Origin: Candidatus Micrarchaeota archaeon
GTDB taxonomy: Archaea > Micrarchaeota > Micrarchaeia > Anstonellales > Bilamarchaeaceae
DNA: 43,030 nucleotides
Direction: 5' to 3'
NCBI GenBank assembly: GCA_041694885.1
Contig: JBGFRX010000007.1
Location: forward strand, 1-43,030
The stretch's first letter is position 1; each line of letters begins with the position of its first letter. The translations under genes and the position numbers were made by a program. Below the pieces are notes generated by a model. That model was given only the letters and a program-made list of their open reading frames with translations, did not search any database and was not told the origin of the DNA. Below are positions 9,453-19,096 of this stretch, one piece after another.

Positions 9453-10280
9453 ATGAAGGATATCCGTTTGGGAAAAAACATCATCCTCACGCCAGAAGGT
9501 CTCGCCGTCTTCAAGGACTTGAAACTTGCGGCAGCAGCGGATTTGCACATCGGATTCGAGGAAAGCATGGGCGAGCAGCTTGCGCGCATCCAGACGAAGA
9601 AAATTTTGGAGAAATTTCTGCGCGTGATCGGGCGGTTCGGGATAAGCGAAATAATTATCAACGGCGACATAAAATACTCGTTCGGAAAGGAGTCGAAGCA
9701 GGAATGGGAGGAGATAAGGTACTTCCTTTCCGAACTCCTGAAAAAAGTCCGGGTCAAGATAGCGAAAGGCAATCACGACTTCTATATAGAAAACATGACT
9801 AAGGAGCTGGACATCCTGATATCCAGGGAGTTCGAGTTCAACGGAATTGTTTTTGCGCACGGCGACTCGAATATAGGAAATGCTGCGAAAGAGGGAGGCA
9901 GGATGGATGGCAGCAGGGGGGAAAGTAGCGAAGCGAAGCCGGCCAGAGAACGGAGCGCGGCCAAAAAGGGAAAACCCAGATTAGTGGTTATGGGGAACGA
10001 GCACCCTGCGATAAAGCTGAGGGACGAGATAGGCGCGATACGGAAATATCCATGCTTCCTCTACGCAAAAAACGAGAAGGTGCTCGTGCTTCCCGCAGCC
10101 AACCCGTGGACATACGGAACTGATTTGCTCTCCGCGCGAAAAGAAAATCTCCTTTCCCCAGTGCTGCGCACAATCAGTTTGGAGGAAGCGCTGATTTATG
10201 CTTTAGAGGGGGAAGAGATATATAATTTCGGCAAGGTGCGCGACGTGCGCGAGCTTCTCCTTAAAAAACAATCATTCTGA
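9453..10280 (+). CDS. Metallophosphoesterase (Lhr-associated MPE type)
   Basis: ADLHIG, NGD, GNHD, HGD, GNEHPA and VLPA motifs; adjacent to lhr. Confidence 0.88.
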   Translation: MKDIRLGKNIILTPEGLAVFKDLKLAAAADLHIGFEESMGEQLARIQTKKILEKFLRVIGRFGISEIIINGDIKYSFGKESKQEWEEIRYFLSELLKKVRVKIAKGNHDFYIENMTKELDILISREFEFNGIVFAHGDSNIGNAAKEGGRMDGSRGESSEAKPARERSAAKKGKPRLVVMGNEHPAIKLRDEIGAIRKYPCFLYAKNEKVLVLPAANPWTYGTDLLSARKENLLSPVLRTISLEEALIYALEGEEIYNFGKVRDVRELLLKKQSF

Positions 10281-12314
10281 GAAAAGTCCCTTAAGCTTCT
10301 CCTTTGCTTCGTTGAGCTGCGCATCGCTCAGCTTCAGCCCTCCAGGTGTGCTCACAGGCGCGCTTTTTAGATGGTAAATTCTTTCTTCTCGCCCTTCCTG
10401 CTCTGTTATTCCCTTTGGAATCGGAGGGGAAAATCCGAGCGCCTTTTCGACTTCTTCAGGGAATTTCCCCGGATCCGCTGTTTCGTACACGAGCGCGAAC
10501 CCGTTGTAATCGTTCATTTCGGCATATCTGTCGAGCGTCCTCCACGCAACTGCTCCGTGTGGGTCCAGGACAATTCCGTATTTTCCATACGCTTCGCGCA
10601 TGGTTTCATAATGCTGTTCGTTCGTCACTGCGTTCGAGAAGATGTCACGCCTCATCTCATCCATTGCCGGCTGCTGCTCAATTACGCCGGGCGTAATCAG
10701 CTCGCCGTTCTCTTTCCTCCTGTCGTACATATGGCCTCCATAGAAGTCAACCAGCCGGGCGAGGTTGCTCGGATGAGAAATTATCATCGCTGAAGAGGGC
10801 GACTTTTTCGCTGGTTTTACCGTATACGTCCCGCGCATGAGGAATTCGTGAAATTCCGTATTCTCGTTAACGCCGCACAGGATTTTGGAAACAGGAAGGC
10901 CCATCGCCTTCGCAACTAATGTGCCCATCATGTTGCCGAGGTTGCCGCACGGTATGCTCGCAACCATCTTTTCCTCATTTTGCACAATCCGGGAATATGC
11001 GAAGAACGGATAAACGGTCTGCGGAAGCAGCCGACCCAAGCTTATGGAATTAGCTGAAGTGAATATTCCCGGATCTCCGTTCATTTCCAGCGCGAATTTC
11101 ATGTCCCCCAGAAGCCGCTTCACGAGTGCCTGGCACACGTCGAAATTGCCCTCCATCTCGAACGCATATATGTTACCCTTAGGCGTGGTCATTTGCCTTT
11201 TTTGCCCGGGCGTTACAAGATCCTTCGGGTAGAAAATCACCGCGTCCACATTATCCAGCCCTGCAAGCGCGTCAGCAATCGCGCCTCCGGTATCTCCGCT
11301 CGTAGCTGTGAGCACTATTCGCCTCGAGCCGTCTTCTCTGAGGAAATGGCTGAGCATCTGTCCGTAGAACCTCGCAGCATAGTCCTTGAACGCGTACGTT
11401 GGCCCTTCGTCGAGCCAGAGGATATGGGTTTTGCCTTTCCCCACATGCTCAAGCCGTGGATGTATCTTCTCCTTCGCGTATGCCTTTTCGAGAACCGACC
11501 GCAGTTCTTCCTCGGAAATTTCCCCGCTCAAATAGGGGTTGAGTACCTCGAACGCGACTTCAGGGTACTCCAATCCGCCCATTTCCTTTATTTTCTCAGG
11601 CGAAATTTTGGGAATTTCCTTTCGCGGAATCATATACAACCCATAATCCCCTGGCTGCGCGCCGAGCAGCGCATGTCTGAAATCCACCCTGAGTGAATGA
11701 TCGTTCGTGCTGTAAAAGCGTTTTCCTCCTTCAGCCATCATGCTGGCATCATTCGGATCATTGCCCAAAGCGCCATGCATCGCTTCGTATTCGCGCATTA
11801 TAGCCTTCCCTATTTCATCCACTCCTGCGCCATATGTATTCACTATTATGTGCGCGTATTTCCTGTACAGCGGCTCGCGCTCTCCGAAAAGTTCCCTTAT
11901 GCTGTTCTTTCCCCGGTATATTATGAACCTGTTCGTCGGCTTTTTTCCCACCCGCTTCTCTATTTCCTCGCACGGCGTATCGAGATAAACGATTATCGAG
12001 ATGTTGTTCAGGCGCTCCATCGCCTCCTTTCCGTAAATCACGCTCCCTCCGGTCGTTATCACGGTTTTCTCGAGCGCGAGCCCGCCTATGAGTTCGTTCT
12101 CCCGTTCCAGAAACAATTCGTCAGAAGCGTTCCGCATCTCCTCCCACCCGTATTTCCCGAACAGCAGCTCGTCCGTATCCACCACAGGTATACCTGCGTT
12201 TTCCGATATCCATTTTCCTACTGCGGTCTTTCCTGTTCCGCTCATGCCTATGAGCACTATGTTGCCTGCTGCGGGAAACGCCCCCGGCATATTGATTTTT
12301 TCTATCAGAACCAT
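10272..12314 (-). CDS. thrC: Shikimate-kinase-like domain fused to threonine synthase
   Basis: N-terminus LIGMSGTGKT, DTD, ITTGGS, ER.PLY. C-terminus GPTYAFKD (PLP Lys), ATSGDTGGA, FDVCQ, SANSI..GRL, PCGNLGN. Start uncertain (12323, 12314 or later). Confidence 0.88.
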   Translation of the reverse strand: MVLIEKINMPGAFPAAGNIVLIGMSGTGKTAVGKWISENAGIPVVDTDELLFGKYGWEEMRNASDELFLERENELIGGLALEKTVITTGGSVIYGKEAMERLNNISIIVYLDTPCEEIEKRVGKKPTNRFIIYRGKNSIRELFGEREPLYRKYAHIIVNTYGAGVDEIGKAIMREYEAMHGALGNDPNDASMMAEGGKRFYSTNDHSLRVDFRHALLGAQPGDYGLYMIPRKEIPKISPEKIKEMGGLEYPEVAFEVLNPYLSGEISEEELRSVLEKAYAKEKIHPRLEHVGKGKTHILWLDEGPTYAFKDYAARFYGQMLSHFLREDGSRRIVLTATSGDTGGAIADALAGLDNVDAVIFYPKDLVTPGQKRQMTTPKGNIYAFEMEGNFDVCQALVKRLLGDMKFALEMNGDPGIFTSANSISLGRLLPQTVYPFFAYSRIVQNEEKMVASIPCGNLGNMMGTLVAKAMGLPVSKILCGVNENTEFHEFLMRGTYTVKPAKKSPSSAMIISHPSNLARLVDFYGGHMYDRRKENGELITPGVIEQQPAMDEMRRDIFSNAVTNEQHYETMREAYGKYGIVLDPHGAVAWRTLDRYAEMNDYNGFALVYETADPGKFPEEVEKALGFSPPIPKGITEQEGREERIYHLKSAPVSTPGGLKLSDAQLNEAKEKLKGLFSE

Positions 12315-12413
12315 GAAAATCAATATACAAAAAAGTTATTAATATTCTTTGTCCTATCGTTTCCTCAGGCAATTTCATACAAATGCGACAATGGCTTATT
12401 CGGGGAATTAACC

Positions 12414-13703
12414 ATGCTCAGGCACGAGTACATAGGCGAGGCAAAAACGAAAAAAGGGCAGGAAGTTGAAATTGCGGGCTGGGTGCACAAGTCAGTGGAC
12501 ATGGGGAAACTGAAATTCATAATCCTCCGCGACCGCACGGGCCAAATCCAGATCACTGCAAAAAAAGGCGCGGTTCCGGAAGAACTCATGGCGAAAATCT
12601 CCGCTAACCGCGAATACGTTGTGAAAGTGAAAGGGGTAGTTAAGGAGAATAAGATCGCCCCTGATGGGGTGGAAATCATTCCTTCCGATTACGAAGTCCT
12701 CAATCCTGTTGATGAAAAGCTTCCGGTCGACCCCACCGAGGAAGTACAGTCCGATCTGGAAACGCGGCTCGAATACCGTTGTCTGGATTTGAGAAGGAAG
12801 AAAATAAACGCGATATTCGAGCTCAAGTCAGTCATCGTGAACGCCTACAGAAGAAAGCTCGTGGAAATGGGATTCACGGAAATTCACCCGCCTGCGATAA
12901 TAACTGCGGCGAGTGAAGGCGGCACCGATGTGTTCGAACTGAAATATTTTGAGAATAGGGCATATCTCGCGCAGAGCCCCCAGCTCTACAAGCAGATTGC
13001 GGTCGCAGGAGGGCTGGACAAGGTATTCATAACAATGCCCGTGTTCAGGGCTGAGAAGCACAACACTACCACCCATCTTAACGAGACCACCATGCTCGAT
13101 GCCGAAATCGGTTTTGCGAACCACCACGACGCGATGGATGTGCTCGAAACCGTGTTTATGGAAATGCTCAGGAGCGCTTCCGCAAAGCCAGAGCTTCTTT
13201 CCGCCTGCGGCTCATCGGTCGCGATTCCGCGAAAAATAAGGCGCATACCCTATAAGGAAGTGATCGGGATGCTCCAGAAAGACGGAGACAAAATCGCCTG
13301 GGGCCATGACTTCTCGAAAGAGCACGAGAAGAAACTCGCCGGGCTGGTGGGCGAGGAGGCGTTCTTCATTTACGATTTCCCCACTTCCATAAGGGCGTTC
13401 TACTCTATGCCAAACGAAGAGAACCAGGAAATATGCAATTCATTCGATTTGATGTACAGAGGGCTCGAGATCTCCTCCGGTGCGCAAAGAATCCACAAAG
13501 CCGGGATGCTGGAAAATGCCCTCAAATCCCGCGGCCTGAATCCGGCTGATTTCAAATTCTATATCGACGCATTCAGGTTCGGAGTACCTCCACATGCGGG
13601 CTTCGGAATGGGGCTCGAGCGGTTCGCGATGAAGATATGCAATTTAAACAACATAAGGGAAGCAGCTCTGTTCCCGCGCGACAGGACGCGGCTCAGGCCA
13701 TGA
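12414..13703 (+). CDS. aspS: Aspartyl-tRNA synthetase, archaeal type, probably non-discriminating
   Basis: GWVH OB fold, LAQSPQLYKQ, FRAE, GAQRIH, PPHAGFGMGLER, LFPRD. His in GWVH and Pro in APDG match ND-AspRS. Confidence 0.95.
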   Translation: MLRHEYIGEAKTKKGQEVEIAGWVHKSVDMGKLKFIILRDRTGQIQITAKKGAVPEELMAKISANREYVVKVKGVVKENKIAPDGVEIIPSDYEVLNPVDEKLPVDPTEEVQSDLETRLEYRCLDLRRKKINAIFELKSVIVNAYRRKLVEMGFTEIHPPAIITAASEGGTDVFELKYFENRAYLAQSPQLYKQIAVAGGLDKVFITMPVFRAEKHNTTTHLNETTMLDAEIGFANHHDAMDVLETVFMEMLRSASAKPELLSACGSSVAIPRKIRRIPYKEVIGMLQKDGDKIAWGHDFSKEHEKKLAGLVGEEAFFIYDFPTSIRAFYSMPNEENQEICNSFDLMYRGLEISSGAQRIHKAGMLENALKSRGLNPADFKFYIDAFRFGVPPHAGFGMGLERFAMKICNLNNIREAALFPRDRTRLRP

Positions 13704-13742
13704 GCGTTTTCCGTTCCCTGTTCAGGGTTTTGGGATGATGAA

Positions 13743-14513
13743 ATGACGATAATGGTGACGAACGACGATGGCCTAACCGACGGCTTCAGGATTTTGACGG
13801 AGGCGGCGCTCAAGATAGATAAGAGCACGTACGCGATAACGCCGGACCGGCAGCAGAGCGCGGTCGCGAAAGGCGTCACCCTTCACCGCATTCTGCGCCT
13901 GAGAAGAGTAGAAGAGGAGAAATTCCCTATATACGAGCTCAATGGCACACCTGCTGACTGCGTAGCATTCGGTATTTACTCAGGAGAATTCAAGAAGCCG
14001 GACCTGGTGCTTTCAGGAATAAATATAGGAGACAATCTTTCCCTGCACAGCTTCTATTCGTCTGGAACGATAGGCGCCTGCCTCGAGGCCGCATTTTATG
14101 GCATTCCGGGAATCGCGTTCTCGTTCGAGATTCACAGAGAGGAGAGGCAGAAGGCGAATTACTCTGTTTGGGAGAAAAGGGAGGCGCTCAGGGAGAAAAC
14201 ACTGGAAATAGCGAAAAAACTCAAGGGAAGAATCCCGCCCTACACCATAATCAACGTGAATTTCCCGAAGGAATTCGAAAACGCGGAAATCGTCTTTCCC
14301 AAGCCAGCGCTGATAAAATACGTCTCCATTCTCGAGAAGCGACTCGACCCGCACAGCAGACCATATTACTGGCACCATGGGGAGGACAGGGAATGCAAGA
14401 AAGGGAGCGACGTTTACGAATTCTACGTAAACGAGAGCATAACCATAACTCCGATAAGCATTTTCAAAATCGTGGATAACGCGGTGATAGAGAAAGTGAA
14501 GAGGGCATTCTAA
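13743..14513 (+). CDS. surE: 5'/3'-nucleotidase SurE
   Basis: VTNDDG, GTPADC, DLVLSGIN.G.N, SGTIGA and NVNFP motifs. Confidence 0.93.
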   Translation: MTIMVTNDDGLTDGFRILTEAALKIDKSTYAITPDRQQSAVAKGVTLHRILRLRRVEEEKFPIYELNGTPADCVAFGIYSGEFKKPDLVLSGINIGDNLSLHSFYSSGTIGACLEAAFYGIPGIAFSFEIHREERQKANYSVWEKREALREKTLEIAKKLKGRIPPYTIINVNFPKEFENAEIVFPKPALIKYVSILEKRLDPHSRPYYWHHGEDRECKKGSDVYEFYVNESITITPISIFKIVDNAVIEKVKRAF

Positions 14514-15832
14514 TTTTTCCTCATGTCCCCGGACTCCGTCATGGCTTCACTGTCGCATGCTTCTTCAGCTATTTTGGCCGCTCTTTCAGCAATTTTTTCC
14601 TCATCAAAAGCAGTTATTTTCCTTTCCTTCATTACGAATTCACCATCCACAATCACGTCGCTTATGTTCGAAGTATTCATGGAATAAACGACATTTGCAA
14701 CGAGGTCGTGCCGTGGATTCATGTTCGCTGCCTTCAGGTCCACGAGCACGATATCAGCCAGTTTCCCCGGCTCTATGCAGCCGGCATTTATTCCAAGTGC
14801 CTTTGCCCCGTTTATTGTGGCGAAATCAAGCGCCTGCTGCGCACTAAGGACAGTTGGATCCCAGTAGAAATTCTTCTGCAAAAGAGCAGCCATTTTCATC
14901 GTCTCGATCATATTCAGGGAGTTGTTGCTCGCAGCCCCGTCAGTTCCAAGAGTTACGTTTGCCCCTTCGCGCGCGAATTCCGAAACAGGACTTACTCCTC
15001 CTCCTGCAAGCTTCATATTACTTATTGGGCAGTGCGCAATATTCACTCTCCTTTTTCCCATAAGCGCAATTTCCCTGTTGGTAACGTAAACCGCGTGCGC
15101 AACCACTGTTCTTTCGTCCAACGCCCCCAATCCGTCCAGATATTCGAGCGGCCGTTTCCCCTTCTCCTTCAAAACGTCAAAAACCTCCTTCCTCGTCTCG
15201 CTTGCATGGATATGAAATTGCAAATCGTTTTTTCGCGCAAATTCCTTCCCTTCTGTTACGAGTTCAGCGCTGCAACTATACGGCGCATGGCAGGAAACAG
15301 TAGCATTCACCCTTCCATTCCTGTTTTTCCAGCGCGTTGCGAATTTTTCAGTTGCCCACATTTCGCTTTTCGCCTCGTGCCCGGGCACCTTGTCGAGCAT
15401 TCCCAACCCAATCGAGCCCCTTATTCCTGATTTTTCCGCTGCCTCAGCAATCTTCTCAAGCCCAACCACGTACATTTCGTTGAATGCAGTTGTGCCGCAT
15501 CTTATCATTTCCGCAATTCCAATCATTACCCCCCAGTAAACATCCCTGGGTTTCAGTTTCGCCTCAACAGGCCATATCTTCTTCGCAAGCCAATCCTGGA
15601 GCCGCATTTCTTCCCCATAACCCCTGAACAGCGTCATCGCAGCATGCGTATGTGCATTCACAAATCCCGGAAATGCCAATTTTCCCCTTCCATCTATTTT
15701 CTCCTCCGTCTTTTCGCGCAGGTTCTTGCCCACTTTCATCACTTTATTCCCGCTTATGAAAACATCTCCAGCGAGAATTTCGCGTTTCGCATTCTGAGTG
15801 ATTATGGTCGCGTCTTTAATCAGAATGTCCAT
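14510..15832 (-). CDS. Amidohydrolase (MTA/SAH deaminase-like)
   Basis: PGFVNAHTH, HAPYS, HIHASET, AHAV, HCPISNMKL and LGTDGAASNN motifs. Start set at MDILIK. Confidence 0.85.
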   Translation of the reverse strand: MDILIKDATIITQNAKREILAGDVFISGNKVMKVGKNLREKTEEKIDGRGKLAFPGFVNAHTHAAMTLFRGYGEEMRLQDWLAKKIWPVEAKLKPRDVYWGVMIGIAEMIRCGTTAFNEMYVVGLEKIAEAAEKSGIRGSIGLGMLDKVPGHEAKSEMWATEKFATRWKNRNGRVNATVSCHAPYSCSAELVTEGKEFARKNDLQFHIHASETRKEVFDVLKEKGKRPLEYLDGLGALDERTVVAHAVYVTNREIALMGKRRVNIAHCPISNMKLAGGGVSPVSEFAREGANVTLGTDGAASNNSLNMIETMKMAALLQKNFYWDPTVLSAQQALDFATINGAKALGINAGCIEPGKLADIVLVDLKAANMNPRHDLVANVVYSMNTSNISDVIVDGEFVMKERKITAFDEEKIAERAAKIAEEACDSEAMTESGDMRKN

Positions 15833-15857
15833 ATCAATCGTACCTGCCCGCTTCAAC

Positions 15858-16436
15858 CTAAAAACGCGTCCCGGCAGCGTCCCAGTCAATGCTTTTGAAA
15901 AACGCGCTTATGTAGTCCGCTTTTTTCAATCCATAGTCCAGCATGTATGCGTGCTCGAAAACGTCCATCACCAGAACAGGCGCGCAGCCCGCAAGATGCC
16001 CGACATCGTGCTCGTTTATCCACGCGTTGAAAAGCCGTCCGCTTGCTTTATCATAATACAGGATTACCCATCCGATTCCGCGCATCGCTCCAGTTACCCT
16101 GAAGTCCCTTTCCCATTCATCGTATGAGCCAAACTCTACATTTATTTTTTTCGCAAGAACCGAATCAGAATAGAGCGCCTTCCCTCCCTTGGCCATGTTT
16201 CCGAAATAAAGTTCATGAAGACGCATTCCGTCAAACTCCCATCCGAATCTTCTTTTCAATTCAGCGTATTCCGGAGTCGCGTTTTTGCCTTCCTTTGCCA
16301 TCGTTTCCAGTGCATCCGCCAATTTGTTCGCGTTCGTCACATATCCCTGGTACAAAATGAAATGGTTTTTCAACAGCTGCCCGCTGAACCCTTCGCACCC
16401 TACCAAACCCTCAAAATTCTTTGCCTCGTATGCCAT
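15858..16436 (-). CDS. sod: Fe/Mn superoxide dismutase family protein
   Basis: NH..LYQGYV, LHELYF, GIGW and MDVFEHAY.LDY motifs. Confidence 0.88.
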   Translation of the reverse strand: MAYEAKNFEGLVGCEGFSGQLLKNHFILYQGYVTNANKLADALETMAKEGKNATPEYAELKRRFGWEFDGMRLHELYFGNMAKGGKALYSDSVLAKKINVEFGSYDEWERDFRVTGAMRGIGWVILYYDKASGRLFNAWINEHDVGHLAGCAPVLVMDVFEHAYMLDYGLKKADYISAFFKSIDWDAAGTRF

Positions 16437-16585
16437 TTTACCCCCATCCTAAATTATGAGCGGCTTGCCGAAAATCTGATAATACGTTATTTCCCGAAGC
16501 ATGCGCTCCCCGGCTTAAACCTGCGTAATAGATATATTTATATATGAGTTTTGTTGCAATTTGCGTATAATAAACGGGTTAATGC

Positions 16586-17488
16586 ATGGAAGAGGATTAC
16601 TTTGGTTTCAATGCGAAAAGGGAGATCGAAGCGAGGATAACGCATCGCGACTTAAAAGGTTTAGTTGAATTCTTGCGGCACCACGATCCAGCCATCCGTC
16701 GTCTTGCTCTTGAAGGCATGTTCAAAGTTGACAAGGAGAAAACGCACGAATATGCAGAGGAGCTGAAAAACAACAATGATCCACAAATACGGATTCTCGC
16801 AAGGCAGATTCTGGAAAAAAACACTACTGACTACGAAGAAAAAACCGGCATGATTGTCATCAACCCGGATATCGCCACCTTTGAACAGGAGAAGCAAAAA
16901 AAGAGCAGCGAGGAGGATAACTCTGCGGCTTTTAGTGCGGAAATCAAGCGCAGAAGAGACGGCGAGCTGTTTGCAGAAGAACCTATTCATGAGAAGGAAG
17001 ATATAGATGCGCTTATAGATGCGCATCTGGAAGAACAGAAACGTTCCCGGATTAGCCGCGGGATTATGTTTCCTTCGGAAGAGAGTGAAGCCAGGCCGGG
17101 CGGGAAGGCAGTAGAAAAATCAGCTGGCCTGTTGGCGCTTGCAAAAAAGATAAGTGAAAGTGCAGAAATACCAGAAATTCAAACAGCACAATCGTTTATA
17201 GAGAACGTGAAGTCGCCCGGCCTGGAACTGTCATGTGTGGAGTTGGATTCGAATAAATGTACTTTGATCGAAAATGCCTTAAATAAAATCATTCGCTCAC
17301 TGAACTTCCAGAATAACGGCGACAACGGGATCATACTGCACGATGCCATAGATGGGCTGATGAAAATAAAAGAGATTAAGCTCAGAATCAGCCGCTTTCC
17401 GGATGACAAAAAACAATTCAACACCCGGAAGCCGGCAGGCACCCACATGAAAGACGCAGTAAAGATCCGCGTAAAAGAGCCCAAATAA
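16586..17488 (+). CDS. Hypothetical protein with an N-terminal HEAT-like repeat
   Basis: 300-aa ORF with upstream TATA; DPAIRRLALE and DPQIRILARQIL HEAT-like helices. Confidence 0.6.
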   Translation: MEEDYFGFNAKREIEARITHRDLKGLVEFLRHHDPAIRRLALEGMFKVDKEKTHEYAEELKNNNDPQIRILARQILEKNTTDYEEKTGMIVINPDIATFEQEKQKKSSEEDNSAAFSAEIKRRRDGELFAEEPIHEKEDIDALIDAHLEEQKRSRISRGIMFPSEESEARPGGKAVEKSAGLLALAKKISESAEIPEIQTAQSFIENVKSPGLELSCVELDSNKCTLIENALNKIIRSLNFQNNGDNGIILHDAIDGLMKIKEIKLRISRFPDDKKQFNTRKPAGTHMKDAVKIRVKEPK

Positions 17489-17499
17489 TTTTTCTCATA

Positions 17500-17983
17500 T
17501 CTGGTTTTTGAGACGTTGCACCACGATTCAGAAAATCTTCAGGAATTCGGCTATTTTCCTTTCAGTCATGAAGAAACCGACGGAAAGAAGCACAATGAAT
17601 ATGGAAATGTCAAGGCTGGATTTTGAATTTGGGAGAGTATCCGGAACTTTTGGTACAATATCTTTTTCGCATGCGAGGCACCAGTAGCGTTGGGATTCAT
17701 GGAGGACATTTTCGGCTTTTGGAAATGTTAAGTGAATGATCATCTGCCTTACTTTCCCTTTTTTCTTTCTCAGTTTTCCTCCACAGCAAGGGCAGCACTT
17801 AGCAGTGTGGGTTTCCTTGCGGTCCGGTTTTAATACCCGTCCGTTTCTTTGGTTATCTTTTGGCTTGGTGTAGCGGCGCTGCCCGGTCGTATCGGTTGTT
17901 CCTTCTATGGCTTTTTTGAGTTCATCTTTGAGATAAGGAGGAACTGAACCTGACAGGGGTATTTGGGTTCTTGTATTTTGCAT
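17500..17983 (-). mobile_element. IS66-like transposase fragment (pseudogene)
   Basis: CPCCGGKL...YWCLAC zinc finger followed by P..LPNSK...MTERKIAEFL, then a stop. No DDE domain. Confidence 0.65.
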
Positions 17984-18265
17984 ATAGAAGCCGCGCCGCA
18001 CTACCCGGTACTGAACGTTTCCCACGCAGCTGCAATAATTCTTTATTCTCTCTCGAAGTTCGAAGGAGCAAGAGGAGAAAAAGCAGCGCAAAGTCCGGAG
18101 ATCAGAGCGCTGAACCGCCTGTTTTCAAAAATCTCGGCAAAATTCAGAAGAAGGAATATGCGCGCACCAGTCGCATTCAGAAGGATCATCTCGAGAGCGC
18201 AGATAAACGAACACGAGGCAAGGGCGCTGCTCAACCTTTTCCGTCTCATAAACGGGAAATTGTGA
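17975..18265 (+). pseudogene. C-terminal fragment of a TrmJ/SpoU-type RNA methyltransferase
   Basis: HIEAAPHYPVLNVSHAAAIILYSL matches SPOUT motif 3, and AFRRIISRA...EAR.L resembles the archaeal TrmJ C-terminus. The N-terminal part is absent. Confidence 0.7.
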
Positions 18266-18596
18266 GTCGCTTCTTTTTCTTTCCAAACATGCACAGCGGT
18301 TGCACGTACTGTGCATTGAACCAATAAAGGAAGCCCCCGACTGCAAGCACAGCTATTACGGCAACCAAATGTTCCAACCATTCGTGATCCTGGGGCACCA
18401 CCTCAATTCCAAAATACATCAGCGATTCGAGAAAGTGGAAGAGCGCCATGGGCAAAAGCCCGAGAACAAGGAGGATGAAGACCTTTGCGAACTTCCCCTT
18501 ATAGCATTTCAGTATTCCGAGGGCAATCCAGAGCGGCACAAACATGGCTACGAATACAGAAGCATGCCAGGCCGCACTCATAAAATCCATCGCCAT
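18246..18596 (-). CDS. Small membrane protein (about 3 TM helices)
   Basis: 116-aa ORF with three hydrophobic stretches. Confidence 0.6.
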   Translation of the reverse strand: MAMDFMSAAWHASVFVAMFVPLWIALGILKCYKGKFAKVFILLVLGLLPMALFHFLESLMYFGIEVVPQDHEWLEHLVAVIAVLAVGGFLYWFNAQYVQPLCMFGKKKKRLTISRL

Positions 18597-18674
18597 GCCT
18601 TCTTTTTGCGGGCGCGCATTTTTAACTTTTTCATAGGTGATAAAATATCTAAAAACGAATAGAAAAAGCGATTT

Positions 18675-19005
18675 AAAACCCGCGGATTTTTAAGCGATTA
18701 CGCACATCATTTCTTCTTTATAAAGCGCTTTTCAGAGATAATCGGCATGACCGGAATGAAAGCGTACAAATCCAGGATATCTCTTTGTCAGAGAGAACAT
18801 ATCACTGCCCGGTTTGTGGCAGCCTGGATAGGGATATAAATGCTGCAATAAATATACTCAACAGAGCTACGGCCGGAATGGCCGTAAGTAACGCTTGTGG
18901 AGATGGAAGCAAAATTCCATCAGCGAAGCAAGAAGCCAAGAGCTCCTTCAGCTTTGCTGAAGAGTTTGCGGCCGAAGTCCGCAGGATCAGCCCTTGGTAA
19001 TTCAC
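18675..19005 (+). mobile_element. tnpB: Internally deleted IS200/IS605-family tnpB remnant with an intact-looking right end
   Basis: MKAYKSRI (TnpB N-terminus, 18756) joined out of frame to LSERTYHCPVCG.LDRDINAAINIL...QEA (C-terminus). A hairpin ends at TTCAC 19001-19005. The left boundary is approximate. Confidence 0.8.
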
Positions 19006-19096
19006 CGATGCGTAGCATCTCTCATAATAAAACATCCGGTTTCGTATCTCACGAAACTCAAGGCGCTGAACCGAAAACAATCCTGTGTCGTTATTT

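Noticed and set aside
11697..12413. 239-aa N-terminal extension of AspRS in the ORF track
   Set aside because: It is the antisense shadow of the kinase-thrC gene; AspRS homology starts at ATG 12414.
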